Part shown: in pieces, positions 1-15,000 of the stretch
How the letters are laid out: each line of letters begins with the position of its first letter
Numbering within the stretch: the stretch's first letter is position 1
Source: Balanoglossus misakiensis
Lineage: Eukaryota; Animalia; Hemichordata
Reading direction: 5' to 3'
Assembly (NCBI GenBank): GCA_040954595.2
Contig: CM082584.2
Span: forward strand, 13,137,337-13,201,336
Length of the DNA stretch: 64,000 nt
The notes under the pieces: generated by a model
Database searches by the model: none
The model's input: the letters and a program-made list of their open reading frames with translations, nothing else
What the model was told of the DNA's origin: nothing
Translations under genes and position numbers: made by a program

Positions 1-3000
1 CACAGGCTGTGTTCTGTCTGGAAACATCTGGGTTTTTTTAAGTTTGGAATAAAAAAGAAGTGAGATCATAGAATAAATGCGAGATTGGACAATCCTTCAG
101 TATAGAAATAAAGAGACAGATGAACAAAAAAATAAAAGTGGGGGCAGAAGGGTGATGATGATTGCTTTGATAAATTAATAGTCCAAAATAAGGGAATTAA
201 TAATATCAAATATAACTTGATAATTCACCTAATCAGCATTACAGTTCTATAGTAAATTTGTTCATTATAATTCTATGGCAAATTTATTATATTAGAACCT
301 AACCTTATTCAATTTTGGTATTGAAAGAATTTGACTAGTCCTTACTTTAATTTTTGTTTCAAATGCATACAAATTTGTGCTTGTTTAAGAGTAATGTACA
401 ACGCTGTCTTCAACACACTAATGTAAGTTAACTTGTTGCTCTATCTAATAAATGTCACAAACATTTTCTTTTCGAGTTTGAACGTAGCTACTCCAACATT
501 AATGGATTGAATTTATTAAATCCATACAGCCTCCTGGAGGCTTACATCTCAACAATGGAGTAACGATGTGTCCGCATCTTCATCTATTTCCACACTCTTA
601 GGGGGTACTTTCTAGCCTCCTAGCTTTGAATATATTAATTGGGCTGTGTTTACTTTCAATTGTGCAATGCTCCCCCGCTTGGCCAACAAATCACCTACAC
701 AGAAACCCGCCTACAAGTTGCCAATGCTAAATAGCGGGAGTGTTCAAACATGACTCAACAGCCAGGGGCTGGTGACAAAGGGCCACAGCAGCGGGATGGG
801 CAGCATTGACTAGAAGAGCATAATGCTCTTTCTTTCCTAAAATGTGACTATCTCTTACACTTCATCCCATTTTAATACATATTTAACACATCTGTCCTGT
901 CAATGTACATAAGTTAAACAGTGACCTACACACAAAACATGGCAGTTTGCATTTAGGTGAGACAGAAGGTCATAAATAAACCCAGACAACGAACTCTATG
1001 AGAATCTCGTGCTTTCTCTCTTTTTTTTCAATTCTCTGAACCTGCTGGTATTAAAAGGCCACCCAAGGTTCACCATTGTTCTAGAATTGTAAAATAGGCC
1101 AACCGGTACACCAGACTTTCAATGGCACACTCATAGTGTCGAGTAAACGAGTCTAAAGGTACGCATAGTACCATCATGTAAAAAGGTGTAACTAGTACCT
1201 TTATTTTGTATTGACCACTGTTTATATTCCCTTTTCTTTTCACAAAAGGCGTCAAGCAAAGGTGACCCAGTCTCCCCTGCAGATACAGTTACTGATCTTT
1301 ATGGGTCCCAAGGTGAAATCGACATCACTGGCATAATGCCAGTATCCAATCAGAAGCCAGCTTTCATTGCACACATTCAAAACATAACTATGCCCCTCAG
1401 AGGTAACGCATCTGATCGCCAAGACTGAATGCTAATACAATTACAACCCACTTTAGTATTTATTTAAAATGACGAACAGAAAACTATTCTACAATAAATA
1501 TTTTACACCATCAAAATTTCGATTAATTATTGTGAAATGGGAAGATATTAAACAACCATAGAAACTAATGATTTACCATATTAGGAAAATTGATTTGAAC
1601 ACTATCACATACATGTACTCTCAGATGGCTCATTGTCATAATAACAGTCCACTGATATTTACATATTCTGCTAAGATACATCATTAACAGTGGGAGACTA
1701 AATTTCGACCCAAATTGGTCATCATGTCTTTTTATTCCCTATGAATTCATTGAATTCATTAACTGAAATCTCACCCTGACTTGAAGATCAATATTCCACC
1801 GACAATCCCAGCCCCAGCTACCATCCATTATTCACGCTACCGTATTCCGCATTCCTCAAGACGAATTTCGTTCCTCAAGAGGCGAAAAGACTTCCCCTGC
1901 AAACACCCACATCAGCGCATTTGCAAACAAATCATTTTTTGAGATACTGCCTAATACTGAATCTTCTGCGTCTCATGGAAATTTAAGGACTAACGATGAA
2001 ATGATCCAAAAGCTTTGTTTCGTCATTTGTGATACTGAAATATCCACCCCCAAATGCTCATAAATTTCAGATTGAAAGCTTCTTGATGGGTTTAATTTCT
2101 TTCCCTGAAATCATCTCCTCAGATCAATTACCCAGATGACATCTTTGGTTATACATAACTTGCCATAACACCATTAATCTGACAATTTGTAATCATGTAT
2201 GTTGTTCCTAGTATATTCATTTAACACAACCTATTCTGTGTATAACCTGTCAGCTCCTGTAAAATTCATGCTGTATCTTCAGTGAAATATGCCCCTCGTC
2301 AAATCAACTCTCACAGATTAATAAAAAATTTCAGAAGAGGGAAATAGCAGAACACATTCGAATGACAAGATAATTCAATTACACATTTCGCTGTTCTGTA
2401 TTAAAGTTTGATTTTTTTTACATGTTCACCACTGCCCTCGGAGGACGGTTGATGATTTCATAAAGCCGATAGATAGAGGCAGAGGCGGCTAATAACACTA
2501 TCATACTCTTCCTTAGTCAAATGGCTTGGGACGACCCAGCTCGGTGAAAAATCTCTTGTGCGATCGTCGTCTGCTGTCAGTACAGAGAGAACTAGGGTAA
2601 TACTTGTAGTAGATGTTATCACTTTCTGCATGCTGGCAATCAGCATGAGCTGTACATCCCTGCACTATCCTTACAATCAACCACAACTCTGTTCGCTCTT
2701 CTCAGTGGTGTATTTTATCAAAATCGTTCCAAATCTGTATTTTTTTTCCTCCACTGTATGTGAATTGATGACATTTAGTGAAAGCAAATACTTTTTCTGT
2801 CCCTTTGACACAGAACCACACGTTAAAACAACCTCTATAAACCGAACAATATCTTCAGTCCCTGTGGTGTTCAGTTTAAACAGGTTAATACTGTATAACA
2901 TGATGTGTCACATAACTTTTGTATGTTTTTATTGTAAGACTCTTCTGTGGTTAGTCCTCAGTCTTAATTCAAACCTGTCAAGTTCGGAAAGTGTGAATAT

Positions 3001-6000
3001 ATTGACCTAGTTACAATTCTCTTATCCTAAGTGCCCTTGGTCTTTATTTAACTTTCCAACTGAGAAAATTGAAGCCCTTGGAAATTTTATGCCTAATGTT
3101 GAAATTGGATTTGGGTCAAAACCAAGTATCCTGAAGATGGTGGAAAATCACAAAACGAGTTTCACAGAATCAAATCTATTTTTTTACTTTCCCTACAGTC
3201 TTTTATAATGTGTGATCTTGGCACTGACGCATCTGAATTGATGTACACTATACCCACAATGCACTGGTGCTCAACTGCCTGATCACATGATGATGTGGAC
3301 CCAGAACCGATACAGTTTTCAGCAAAGGAAAGACCAACGTGTGCAAGACACAAATCTCTTGCCTTGCTTTGTAGCCGATATACAGAAAGCACATTTCCGA
3401 TTACTTCCCCTGAACCAACCTGCGGCAGGCCTGACCTTGCTCACACTCTAAATATACTCAGAGGAGTCACTATCAAATTATACACTGCAGTAAAAAAACT
3501 CTGACTGAAACAACTTGAGGGAATTCCTCAGCTATTTATCCGGTACATAAAAACCACACAACACAGTAATGACAAAAACACAATCTACTTTTTTCTCTTT
3601 ATTTGCCCAACTGCTCAATTATTTCGGTATTTTTATAATTTATACACGATTTCAAAGTCCAAAGGATGAACATTCTAAAGTCACACATCATTCTACAGAG
3701 TAGATCTCTAGGTCAAAGTTCACATTGCATGATGGCCTTTTGAGGAACTGCTGCACGTCTACTTGTCTGAGGTGTTTAGACCATAGACAGTAGAGGGGGG
3801 ACAGTCCGTTACACATCTTAGCATTCAACGGCTTTGATAAAATGAACTCTGCTGCTCATGGACAATTCACCAGCCCAGGATTACATAATCTCTGGCTGCA
3901 CTGATTTGGTCTTCATGAATAATTCGGAGGTGATAATTTGGGGAGAAACTAAAACAATAGACAGTGGAGGGCAGTGGACAATAGACAGTGGAGCCCAGTG
4001 GACAATAATTCTGAATAAATTATTCTAGAAAATATGCTCAGCAATGCACCTGGAAGATGGTATAAAAGGGTTGCATGCCCATGCTTGTTGGGAGAGACTG
4101 ACATGACAGCCAGCGATAGCACTGCTGAGGAACTGTGTGTGTAGCTCTACCAGAATCTGACTGCCAGGCCTGTTTGGTGAAACAACAGCGGAGTTTTCCA
4201 CCAAGTGTGATCACAGACATCCTGTGCAGCCACGGAACAACCATCTTCTCGATGAAACTGGAAAGATTGATGTATTCTGTGAAAGGTTCACATGGCATCC
4301 CTGAACAAATTTGTAAGACATACACGCTTCTAATTTTTCAGACACTTCTCCAAGTTTGTTGCACTAATATTCTATTACATGTAAATGATAGTTGCAGGTT
4401 ATCAGGTGATCCATTGCCAAATGTTAACACTCTCTCCTACTTTCCAACATGATCTAAACCACCATACACATCAATGCAACTCCTTAATCTCTTCCTTTTT
4501 TATCAACCTGAATTGAACATTGGGAGAATGAGGGGAGCGAGAGACCATTATCTTCATGCATCGCAACAATATTTTTCAAAAACAAACAATATTGCCAGGT
4601 ACGGCCAGCAACAATTACAAAACACCCTGGCAAGTTTACAATACTGCTGGTTGACATAGTTGATACGTTCAAGTAAGATGAGATCAGCTTGTTGTACACA
4701 AAGGGCAACAGCATAGAAGTTTGTTATACACTCCACATGAGTGGTTTGTTCAGATTTGCTTCAGTGCTCTTCCCACAAACAGGGGCTGCCAAAGTTTTAA
4801 GTTTCAAGCTTTTCATTGCTCTGCTAAAAAGTGTCTCCTCCTCGTTGCAGCTTGTGCAAATCAAGTAAAATCAACTCAATTTCAAAAAAGAAATTTCCAA
4901 AATGTTCGCACTGGATAAGTGATAGACCAGTCACAATTTTTGCTGGCATGAGCTGAAAACTTTATATTTAGTGAATAGTTGATTTTGTTTCTTTGCTGAA
5001 GGCTGGCGTAACACACTTTGTTACGGTCTGTACCAGGAACAATGACAGTAACAGCTTCATACGACCTTTGAACCTGATCTTTGGACCAAACCACAAAATT
5101 CCTGTTCCAGTAAGACACCCCCCACCCCACCCCTACTTGTATGACCCCATAAATTACTGGCAGTGCAGAAAAAAAAGACGCGAACAGATCTGAGAAGTAG
5201 GTCGCACTGTGTACAAAATTGATGAAAATTAAGCAGGTATGCCAGTACCGCGTGGTAGAAATTCTTCAAAACAAACATCCGCGAACATTCATGCTACCAG
5301 ACAGTACAGCAACCTGACAAGGTCAATCTGCTGAAAGAGAGAAGACTGATTTCACTAAGGGCTATAAATCTTGCATTCAGACAAAGTGCAACAGAGATGT
5401 TAGGGGCAACCCTGATCAGCTGCACTTCACAAAACAACCCTAGTTTACATTACAATTATATCCAGTTACATTGGTTGAGTAAACTGTGAGGAGTTCACTT
5501 GCTACATGACGTTCTCTTTATTCACTCTACACTTCACAATGATTTAACCAAATGTGCCGCTGAAAGTCTCTATTAACGTGTAATTTGCCGAGGGGATAAT
5601 GAACTCTGCAGTGAGCGAACAACCAAGCTGGTCTCCCCCCCCCCCTTCCCCCACGACTCAACGAAACAAAGATGGGATTCATGTCACCTTGTCTCTCCCT
5701 GACACATGAAATATGTGGCCACATTTCTGACATCGTGGTCATTTAGTTACACCATTTTATGGGCAACAGTGTCTCCTCCATACCACTTCCACAACAAAAT
5801 CATTTGTGGTACTCTACTGCCTGTTCTGACGACAAATTTGTTTGAATGTCTCTAAAACAAACAGCGGAAATGAAAAAAGCACACTCTCCTACATCATCTG
5901 GACAATCCGAGACCATGCTTCAAAGGTCAACCATCACTACAATGAACATCACGGAAGTATATTGGTATAATGTTGGAATCATTGTTTGCAGTAAATAATG

Positions 6001-9000
6001 AGACAATATGGCACAACAAATACTACAGGCCATCGAGAAGTTTAGATGATTATACGCATTAGAAAATGGACATTCCAAGTTCACCGTTTCTAAGTATTAT
6101 TTTATTTTACAGAAAACAAAACAACAATGTTGTACTGTATGTTTCTCAACTGGTTTGCCAGATTTAAAAAAAAATCTAGAGCAATCTACTTATCTTACAC
6201 CCTGGCTCAAGGTTACATATTTCAAATTTTATTTGCTAGAATTAAGGACAGACCAAATTTGATCTCAAGGAAATCCTTCAAGATTGGTAAAACAACAATG
6301 AGTAGGGTTCAAGCTGTGACGTCAGCACTACCATATTGTGAGGTCACGACCCCAAGCATCAGTTTTCCATCTTCACAGTTCTATTGATTTAGCCTTGGTG
6401 ATTATTATGGGATGGCATGTGGGAGGGGCGTGTAGCTATCATGTTTCTAGACCCCTTAAATTGGTGAGATTTCCCGTTTGGGGGACACCCAACAAATTTT
6501 CATATCAGGGAGTACATCATGGCTATCATATCTATTGACCCCTGACAGTGGACAACCCCCTATCACATAACTCCTCACCTCAAACAGTGTGACCAGTAAA
6601 ATGTTTACATACACAAATCAACGCTAAAGGAAATGGCAAGGTCATTTATAGCAATGCATAAATATTAACAATAAATAACAATTATTAAGTCTGACCTACT
6701 TCATTTAAGTACATGTACTACTTTTAATCAAAATCAATCAAGATATTATTTGATATAGATATTTAGTATTAAAATAATTTGCAACCAAAGTTAACTGGGA
6801 ACCTTTCAATCACAGACGTCAGATTTTTTTTCTCAGCACCTTTCTTTGAAATTTTTATAGTGGTATGATAATATACGACTGTTTTTGTTTGATCTGTTAC
6901 ATGTGTAACCATTGACTCCACTCGACTACTATCTCTGATAGTCCTCAGATTTCCCACTAGCTTAGAGGACCTTAGTCAACAAGCTAACTTTACTCCTGGG
7001 ACTCAATAAAGCATGCAGCTAACAGGGGCTGTTCCAACAGCTGCCGGTATTCCCCACAGATAAACAATTAGCCGTTTGACTGCTGCTCTACATGAGTGAG
7101 TGACTCTCTTTCAAGTGTATCTGAATGGGATGTCCATCCCACTTAATGATTATTTAATTGCTTTCACAGGAAATTCTCAGGGAGAGACTGGCCCTTAAAT
7201 TAATAAACTGCCAACAATCACAGCCAATTAACGAGTGTCTTTAAATCTATTTAAAATTTCACCTTTTGAGCACGATTGGTGCAGAAGTGACAAATTTCAC
7301 CCTAAAGAGGCATTTCCTGTACTGGGAAAACATTAACACTGACCAAGCCACAAAACACGACCAATTTGGGAAAGGGCTGATTGATATAATTCAGTGGTTA
7401 TCCTCGTCACAGAAGTGTCTCTTCTTCTGCTGGCAAGCCGCCAGTAGTTTAGTTTAAAACAAATGAATTCATGCCAACAGATGGGCAAAGTGGTGAGGGG
7501 AGAATTACAGATAATCTTTTTGCATGCAACAGTAGAATGAACAATGGCATATCTTTGATTGGTCACAATGCGTAATATGACATCTATATATCATATATAG
7601 TACACAGTCAGTATGACAATTTGAATCACTTATCAAATCGAAACAATAGTATAACTCAGTCTATTTTGTCCATCAGAAAGTGACACTCAATATATGACAC
7701 ACACACATTCACACAAATACGGATTAAGGACAATGTTTACACACATCAGTGAAGGGAATCAAAAGTTGAGGTACACTGCACTTAGTGTTAACTCTGAAAT
7801 AACATCTGTATTATGATACACACACGTGTCAATGGCTAACAGTCACATGTGCAGGTACACACGTCTGCAATCCCATTCTGGCAATGCTGCTCACAGTCAC
7901 ATAGCCATGCATTGCTATACTGTTGCTCAACCAGGGTGAACAGAATGCCACCTAAGTCCTGTATGAATACAAAGTCACTCAGCGTATTACAACTGCACAA
8001 CAGTAACAGTCACATGGCCAAGCTGATCCCCTCCACACAATGTCTGGCTGAGGTGATCACAGATACAATCAGGCGTACAAAACAACATGGTCCTTTCATA
8101 ATTGCACAATCATTAACAGTCACCACGCAATGTATTACATCATACATCATCATTTGTAGCTGTGGAATTATTGAATACAAAGGAGTTTGGGGAGCCATTT
8201 TGTCATGCTTGTGAATACATTTCAGAATTCATTTTCCCACCATCGGGAATCATAATGTATCAATACACAGACACATTTGCTACGCCACATCCACTGAGAC
8301 AGAACACAACAGAGAACACAGCACACACTGCAAACCAGAGCAGTCCGCCAACTACCGTCATCAAACATGTCTGTCGCTCTGACTGGGAACCCTATGATAG
8401 ATTGTGATTCTGTCCACCAATCAGCAGGATGTTGCTTACATGTTCAGGAAATCTATCGTACTTTAATTCCAATTATAAAGTAGTAGAATTGGCACTATCA
8501 TTAAATCTGCATTGCCAACAGTTTACATGCTGCCCAGTTATCCTTACTGCATATTTTCATTCAAGTGAAGACTTAAAGGGAAAGATGTACACAAATATTT
8601 TAGATTCATCAAATCACTACACTTCAAAAGCTGTACAACAAACTGTAATCTTCACATTTTCACCTTGGCCTGACGGGGATGACCTTGTTTTTTCCTCATC
8701 TTTTTAATGGGCATACCTCTAGAATTTGGAATTTCACTAAAATCACTGCCGGCGACAGTCTTCTGCGCATTCAACATTAATACTTAAGGGGCAGTGGTGG
8801 CTTACACAAATAAAGATGCTTAGGACCAATTTTTAAATCCTACTTCTTTTTTCAGTGTGATGAAATTTCCAGAAACAATATGTGTAATGGGATGGTAGAC
8901 CTTCAGAATGATTTGAAATGGCTTTTCTATGTGATGACAATACTCCCTCTATTCATGCATTGCAAGTTAAGCCCCTAAAACCCCTTTACATCTCTGGTGA

Positions 9001-12000
9001 GTACCTACAAGTTTTATGTGGTGTTAACAATAAACTTGATATCGCAATCACTGAACACATGAAATTTCCTGCCATGTGAGTTTTATCACAGAGACAATGC
9101 GCTCCCTTTTGCGATTGTATCATTATGCACGAACAATACCCAAATACAAAAATATATAATTATTAAATCAATGAGTAAAATATACCTTAGAGACATACAA
9201 TTCTTAAAGTAATCTTCAACAGTCATTGTAAGTTAACACATGTCATTGAATGTGGTACATAAACAACAATTATACATAGACAAAACCTTTCTTGAAGGGA
9301 AGACACTCGACAAAAAGTTTATTTTTCATTTTCCTTGTCTGTTTAAAATTTTCTATTTGGGTCAAGGTCTATCTTATCTACTTTTAGCTGCCAAATGAGC
9401 TTCTTCAATGCCACTGGAGGCAATATGAAAACTGTCAGTGGCTACCTGGGATGGAATTGTGCTATCAGTCAACAACCATCATTATAATTCTACAAGTCTG
9501 GAAAGACAAATCAATGGATTACATAACATCCTTCTTTTATTTAGCCTTGTGTATGATAAATGAACTGGCTAGTAGCAAAGAGGTATTTTAAATGGAGACT
9601 TGCTCAGTTTCAGGGACTTCTCTGCAAATTTATCTGTCTGTCTGTCTGTATGTATGTCTGTTCATAATTAATACTCAGTTCTTATCAAACGATTACACGC
9701 CAATACATGTATACATGAATACCAGTATTTCCGTTCTGGGGTCAATCAAAAGTATAATATCACCATCACTGTCCTGGCATAGAGTACCAAAAACCTGTCA
9801 TTGACATTTAAATGCTAGTCACGTTTCCAAATTGACATTAGAACATTTTATTCCGGTCTGCCTGAGAGGTGGGCGAAAGCAAGCTAAAACTGGAAACTGT
9901 AGTATGGCCAAAGCAATTTAATTACACAGGGTTTTTTTTTGCCAACGTGCACATGGATTTCGGAAGAATTCTTACAAATTTCAGCCATCAGCTACATCCT
10001 GTGACAAATAAGGCAATGAATTTTGTTTCAGAAAAGAAAATTATTGCCACAGATCATCAACTTATTCATCTCGTGATCTGTCTGTATGGAACACCTGAAT
10101 TCTTACTTGGATTCAGAAAGAGAGCATAATATTTTCAGAAGTACATAAACATGTGCTGTTCTTTTACCACATGCACTTGAAATTTTGCAGAGGACATGAA
10201 ACACAAAGTTTCTTTACTATGGCCACATCGGCCCACACTTTCCTTTATATGTTTCTACTGCAGTAACTGCGATGAACAGACAATACCTGTAAATATATGT
10301 CAAACATTTCCCACACATTTTAGCAATGGCTAAAGCTAGTATTGGTATCAACAAAGAGTAGCTGGTAGTAAATTTAGACAGTCACACATTTACAGAAACT
10401 TCTAAAAATATCTTTTCTTTCACGGTACACTTGCTTTAAATATAATTAAATACCCGACCTCGCTTCCGTGAAAAAAACGCAGAGTGGGAAACTTGAATCA
10501 CTTTTTCACTTGTTCGGGGGAAAAAATCAAACAACCCATTCAGGAAATTTGAAAAAGCAAAGCTTTTGATAATCTATTGTGGTCTGTAAGATGATACGCC
10601 ATTCTCTGATAAATTGATGATAACAAGAGTCAATGGAGGAGACCTCCCGGTCCCTGCCACTGTAAATTCCCTTACACACAACATTCTCAATCCCATTACA
10701 TTTACAATTCAAACAAACTTCATAATAAAGCTCCTCTCAGTGTATTTAACAAGAATTAAACGTTTTCATGAATGGCAAATCCATTCTTTGACAGTGTAAT
10801 TGGCTAACGATACTGCTAAACATCTCTAAATTTCCCCTCTGCACCACAAGTGAATTGTAGCTGGTTAATAAAGCATACCAGTGAACCCACGAGATCACTG
10901 AATTTCGTGTATCTGAATGTTGTAGTGACTAATTCATATACGGCATTATTTCATGTGCTTGTCTCGCATATACATGTAACTTCAGTCTTGGCCAACACAC
11001 AATTGCTAAACACGACTAGAAGACAATCTCTGTCTGTCTGTCTCTACAGTTAAGCAATCATGGCCTCCCCTGGATCAACCTAGGTGTGTTGGCCAGATCT
11101 ATTACATCCCCTGACCTCTGCTACTCTCTCCTTTGTATCTCTTTAATAGTCTCCTGGTCAGACCACGCCTTGGGGAGGAACCCGATCACGGTTCTTGAAC
11201 AACAGAAAACACCCCGCCATGCACCTAGACGCATACCCAGTCTTTTCCCCAACACCACGGCAGACACACATGAGCAATTGGAGAACGGAGAAGAACACCC
11301 GATATTATTGATGTCCATATTAATGTCAATAAGAATCTGCATTGATCTTGGCCCAAAAACCTAGTTCATATAAAAGCAATACCAAGCAAAAGTACACAGT
11401 TCCAACAGGGTACGTATCAAATTTACATCTGTAAATCCTAAAAATAATCCTCTCCAACTACAGGAAAGGAAGGTCTCTTTTCCCCTGATCGATTGCAGTA
11501 TTTGCTTGGGATATGAAATTATTTTTGACTGGACTAAGGGGACAGAGTAGCCATACTGTGCAAATAATAGAGGATTCAGTCCTATTGAAACGGATTTGAC
11601 AATGCATAAATTGAGCCCCAAATTACCCTCAGGATGGAGTGAATAGAAATACTATGATCACCCAGAGTCAACACTCCCAAATGATGATCCATAATAACAG
11701 TCTCAAGGAAACTTGGCGACCTTATATTTTGGGAGGTTTGGAAGAGAACTAAAGGCGATAATTTGTTGGCTGCAATGTTGTCATGGTAATGGCTCACAGT
11801 CATACAAATATATGATAATTGCACAGGCGGTTACCACCAGATCCAAAAGGACTTTCAAACCAAATTGCACATGATGAGACTTAGCAATGAACAATGTCAC
11901 AGGTATCATGGCCTGAACCCTGAACGAATGAATATCTACAATTTGGAATCTGGAGAAACAAAATCTGACTAAGGGATTGCTCAACTGTCACAACTGTGAG

Positions 12001-15000
12001 CAATTTTTATTTGTTCAATTTCATAAAACCATCAGCTGAATTCTGATTTCTTGTACATCATTGAGTTAGCAAGAGTTGACATTGCAGGTACTTTTGCTGG
12101 AGTTGTACTGCACCTTTTCTCAGACCTGACTGTGGTAGAGATATTGCGAGTATCTTTACAGGTACAAAGTTACTGGATAACAGCTTCTGAAGGAAAGTTA
12201 ATTTCTTGTCAGGTATACAGCTGCTTGGAAGTTGGATCCACTGATCAGAATCTGGCACGGTGCCAAGAATGATGGCTACAATCATACACATACATGGTAC
12301 AAGTATATTATTTATGACTATACCTTCCCATCTCTCTTTCGTCACAAACATAATCATTTCACTTTCCCTGCGAGTACAATTTTTTTTCTTGTCAGACCCT
12401 ACTGAGATTTTCTTTTAAACAACAAGGCCATTTTTTTTAGAGTGACAATTATTCCCAGTATACGTATGTTTTCATCGGCGTGCACACATTTGAAAAACCA
12501 CATCTTTTGTTATTGAAATTTGAAATTCAAATTAGGCAAATTGCTACTTCACATCTGCTGGTCTTTTTACACATGCCCACAAAGTTGTTTTTAGAAGGCA
12601 CTTTAATCTTAGACTCTAATAGGATTCACAATAAGAGTTAAATGTCATATAAATGAAATCTTCAAAGGTGAACACTTTTTTACATGCAATTTACAAAAAA
12701 AATCTCAACTCAAAAAATTCACAAGTCTGCCATACAAACTGCAAACTGTGCTTATTTACGAAATGGACGCAGAACAATGGTGTATATTGCAGTGAATAAT
12801 GCATGTATAAACATACAAAAATATCTTAGAAAAGTCATTCACTGGGATGACTTAATCTTTTACTCAACATCTACCTAACCCCTCTCTCCCTCATTCCTCT
12901 TTTCTCTCATTCCATCACTCCACCCCCACCCTCCCACTAAGCTTATTACCTTGTTTCATATTGAAGTTAATGGTGCATGTACAGCTAACACATCGGACAA
13001 TTATTTCAGCAAACAGTTAAATTCATCCAAGAAGTGGCAGCATTGTTACTGATTGGTTTAGTGCAGACCTCTGCACCCCCAGGCCCAAAATCCCTTTAAC
13101 CCCTTCTTTGTATTCTCTTCAGTGACGTTGCATAAAAAAGAGAGACATAGCTAGAAGCTCTTTTCGGTGACTCCTAAGCTGTCGTGAATGTTGCCGTGGC
13201 AGGCTGGTATCCTGTTGCCATGGCAGCTAGAAGTTATCAGGCCATGTCTTGAAGTTCTCAACGTCAACTATATAACACGTACAATCTGGTTCATTTCATT
13301 CTTTTAATAAACATTATACATATACATATATACATCTATTCAACAGGTTTCTTTTTTATTTACAGACCTCGTAGTTGTAGATGGAATGGTGTATCTAGAA
13401 CACATCCTAAGCTGCAATGTTGTTAATCAATAGCATTTGCTATCTCTCCGTCTTAATACAGAATACACACCTTGCAACTGCTCTGCAATGCTTGCAAAAT
13501 CTCCACGGCAAAATCTTCTACTGAATTTAAAAACTGATAGATTAGTCAAGTTGAGGGCAGATGGTTTTATAGCAAATATTTGGCTCATTTAAATCACAAT
13601 ATATTAACAGATATTTTTTATAATATACTACAAAACCAATATACATCAAAACATTGACTTTTATTTTGATTATTTCTGTACTTTGCATGCTGTACATAAA
13701 ATCTGTTTTCAATATGAGGTAGATTCTGTGTAAATTGATTGTCATACACTAGTTTGGTTATAAATAGAACACTTTTATTGTTGGCCTTGCCTTGCCCTGG
13801 TTTTTATAGCAAAGTACCAAAAAAACGACGATAAAAACATGATGAGTTTTTATTTCGATGGTGGATTTTTTTCCAGGTTAGCCTTGGATGTTATACTGAA
13901 TCAACTTTATAAGAAACAGTTTTAATTAAAAGAACCAGCTCCCTGTAATAATGCAGTTTTTTTAGTTCGTTTGCTTTTTGTGTGACATACATGTACATGT
14001 TGAATTTGATTTGAATGAGACTCTGTGGCAAGTGGTAACAAGTCAAATATTTTGATGAATCAAAGCAGTTGTCTTTATCAGATCCACTAAAGCTTGTCAA
14101 AACACATGCACTGTATTCCAAGCAGAACACATCACTTGTTAACGGGCACTGGAATTTGATGTCACAAAATGAATCCATCATCAACCTGCAATGGGAGGAG
14201 CAACCCACTGTAATGGAGCGCTTTCGGCCTCAAACGTGAAACCCGACATAAACCCAGAGAGAGAAAATCCAACATCGTTTAACAGAGGAGGAAAATGAGG
14301 CCATCAATTTGTTCAACGGCAAGGCAATTTATTTATTGTAGTTTTTTTTAACAAATCTCATGTCGGATATTACACACTACCCATGATGATGAAGTGGCTA
14401 ATGACTGCTCATCAAGAAACTGCTGCAATCAATGCTAAGTAATATTACGAGGGTACCCTGTCCTGGAACATATGAGAAATACAGCTCACTTATTTGCAGG
14501 CTGTTGTTATCTTTTTTTTCAAAGCACTTTGGATATTTCCCAAGTAATTTTAATTACTTCAATAGTTATCTTCAAAAACGTTGCACATCTTTCTTATACT
14601 GTGTCTGTAGTATTCGGACAATATGGTTGTAAACTTGTATCTCTTGTCTCATTTGGCCTGTACTGTTGTTTACACAAAATATCACTGATAAAATTCGGTC
14701 ACTTTTGTCACCCAAGTTGCTATGCCAAATATGTGACCAGGTCGTGATGGCAACATACTCCGAATTTTTTACGTATACTCAGTTTGACTGGAGACATTTT
14801 TGGTCCTTGTTCTATGGTGGTGCATAGAAATGTAATGTTTCAGACAAATTTGAGAGCAACCTAGTCATTTCCATAACAACCAAATATTCATTTTGCAAAC
14901 AGACTACAAGATGTGCCTTAATAAGGATGATATGTTTTCCAATTTTCATCCTAAATTATTTATCACTACTGGCGGACACGAGAGGAAGACTTGCGCAAGG

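Noticed and set aside
11040-12360. More GC-balanced stretch with several overlapping short ORFs (possible decayed TE or nested gene)
   Set aside because: No RT, transposase or other motif recognised and no termini found; needs a repeat-library search.
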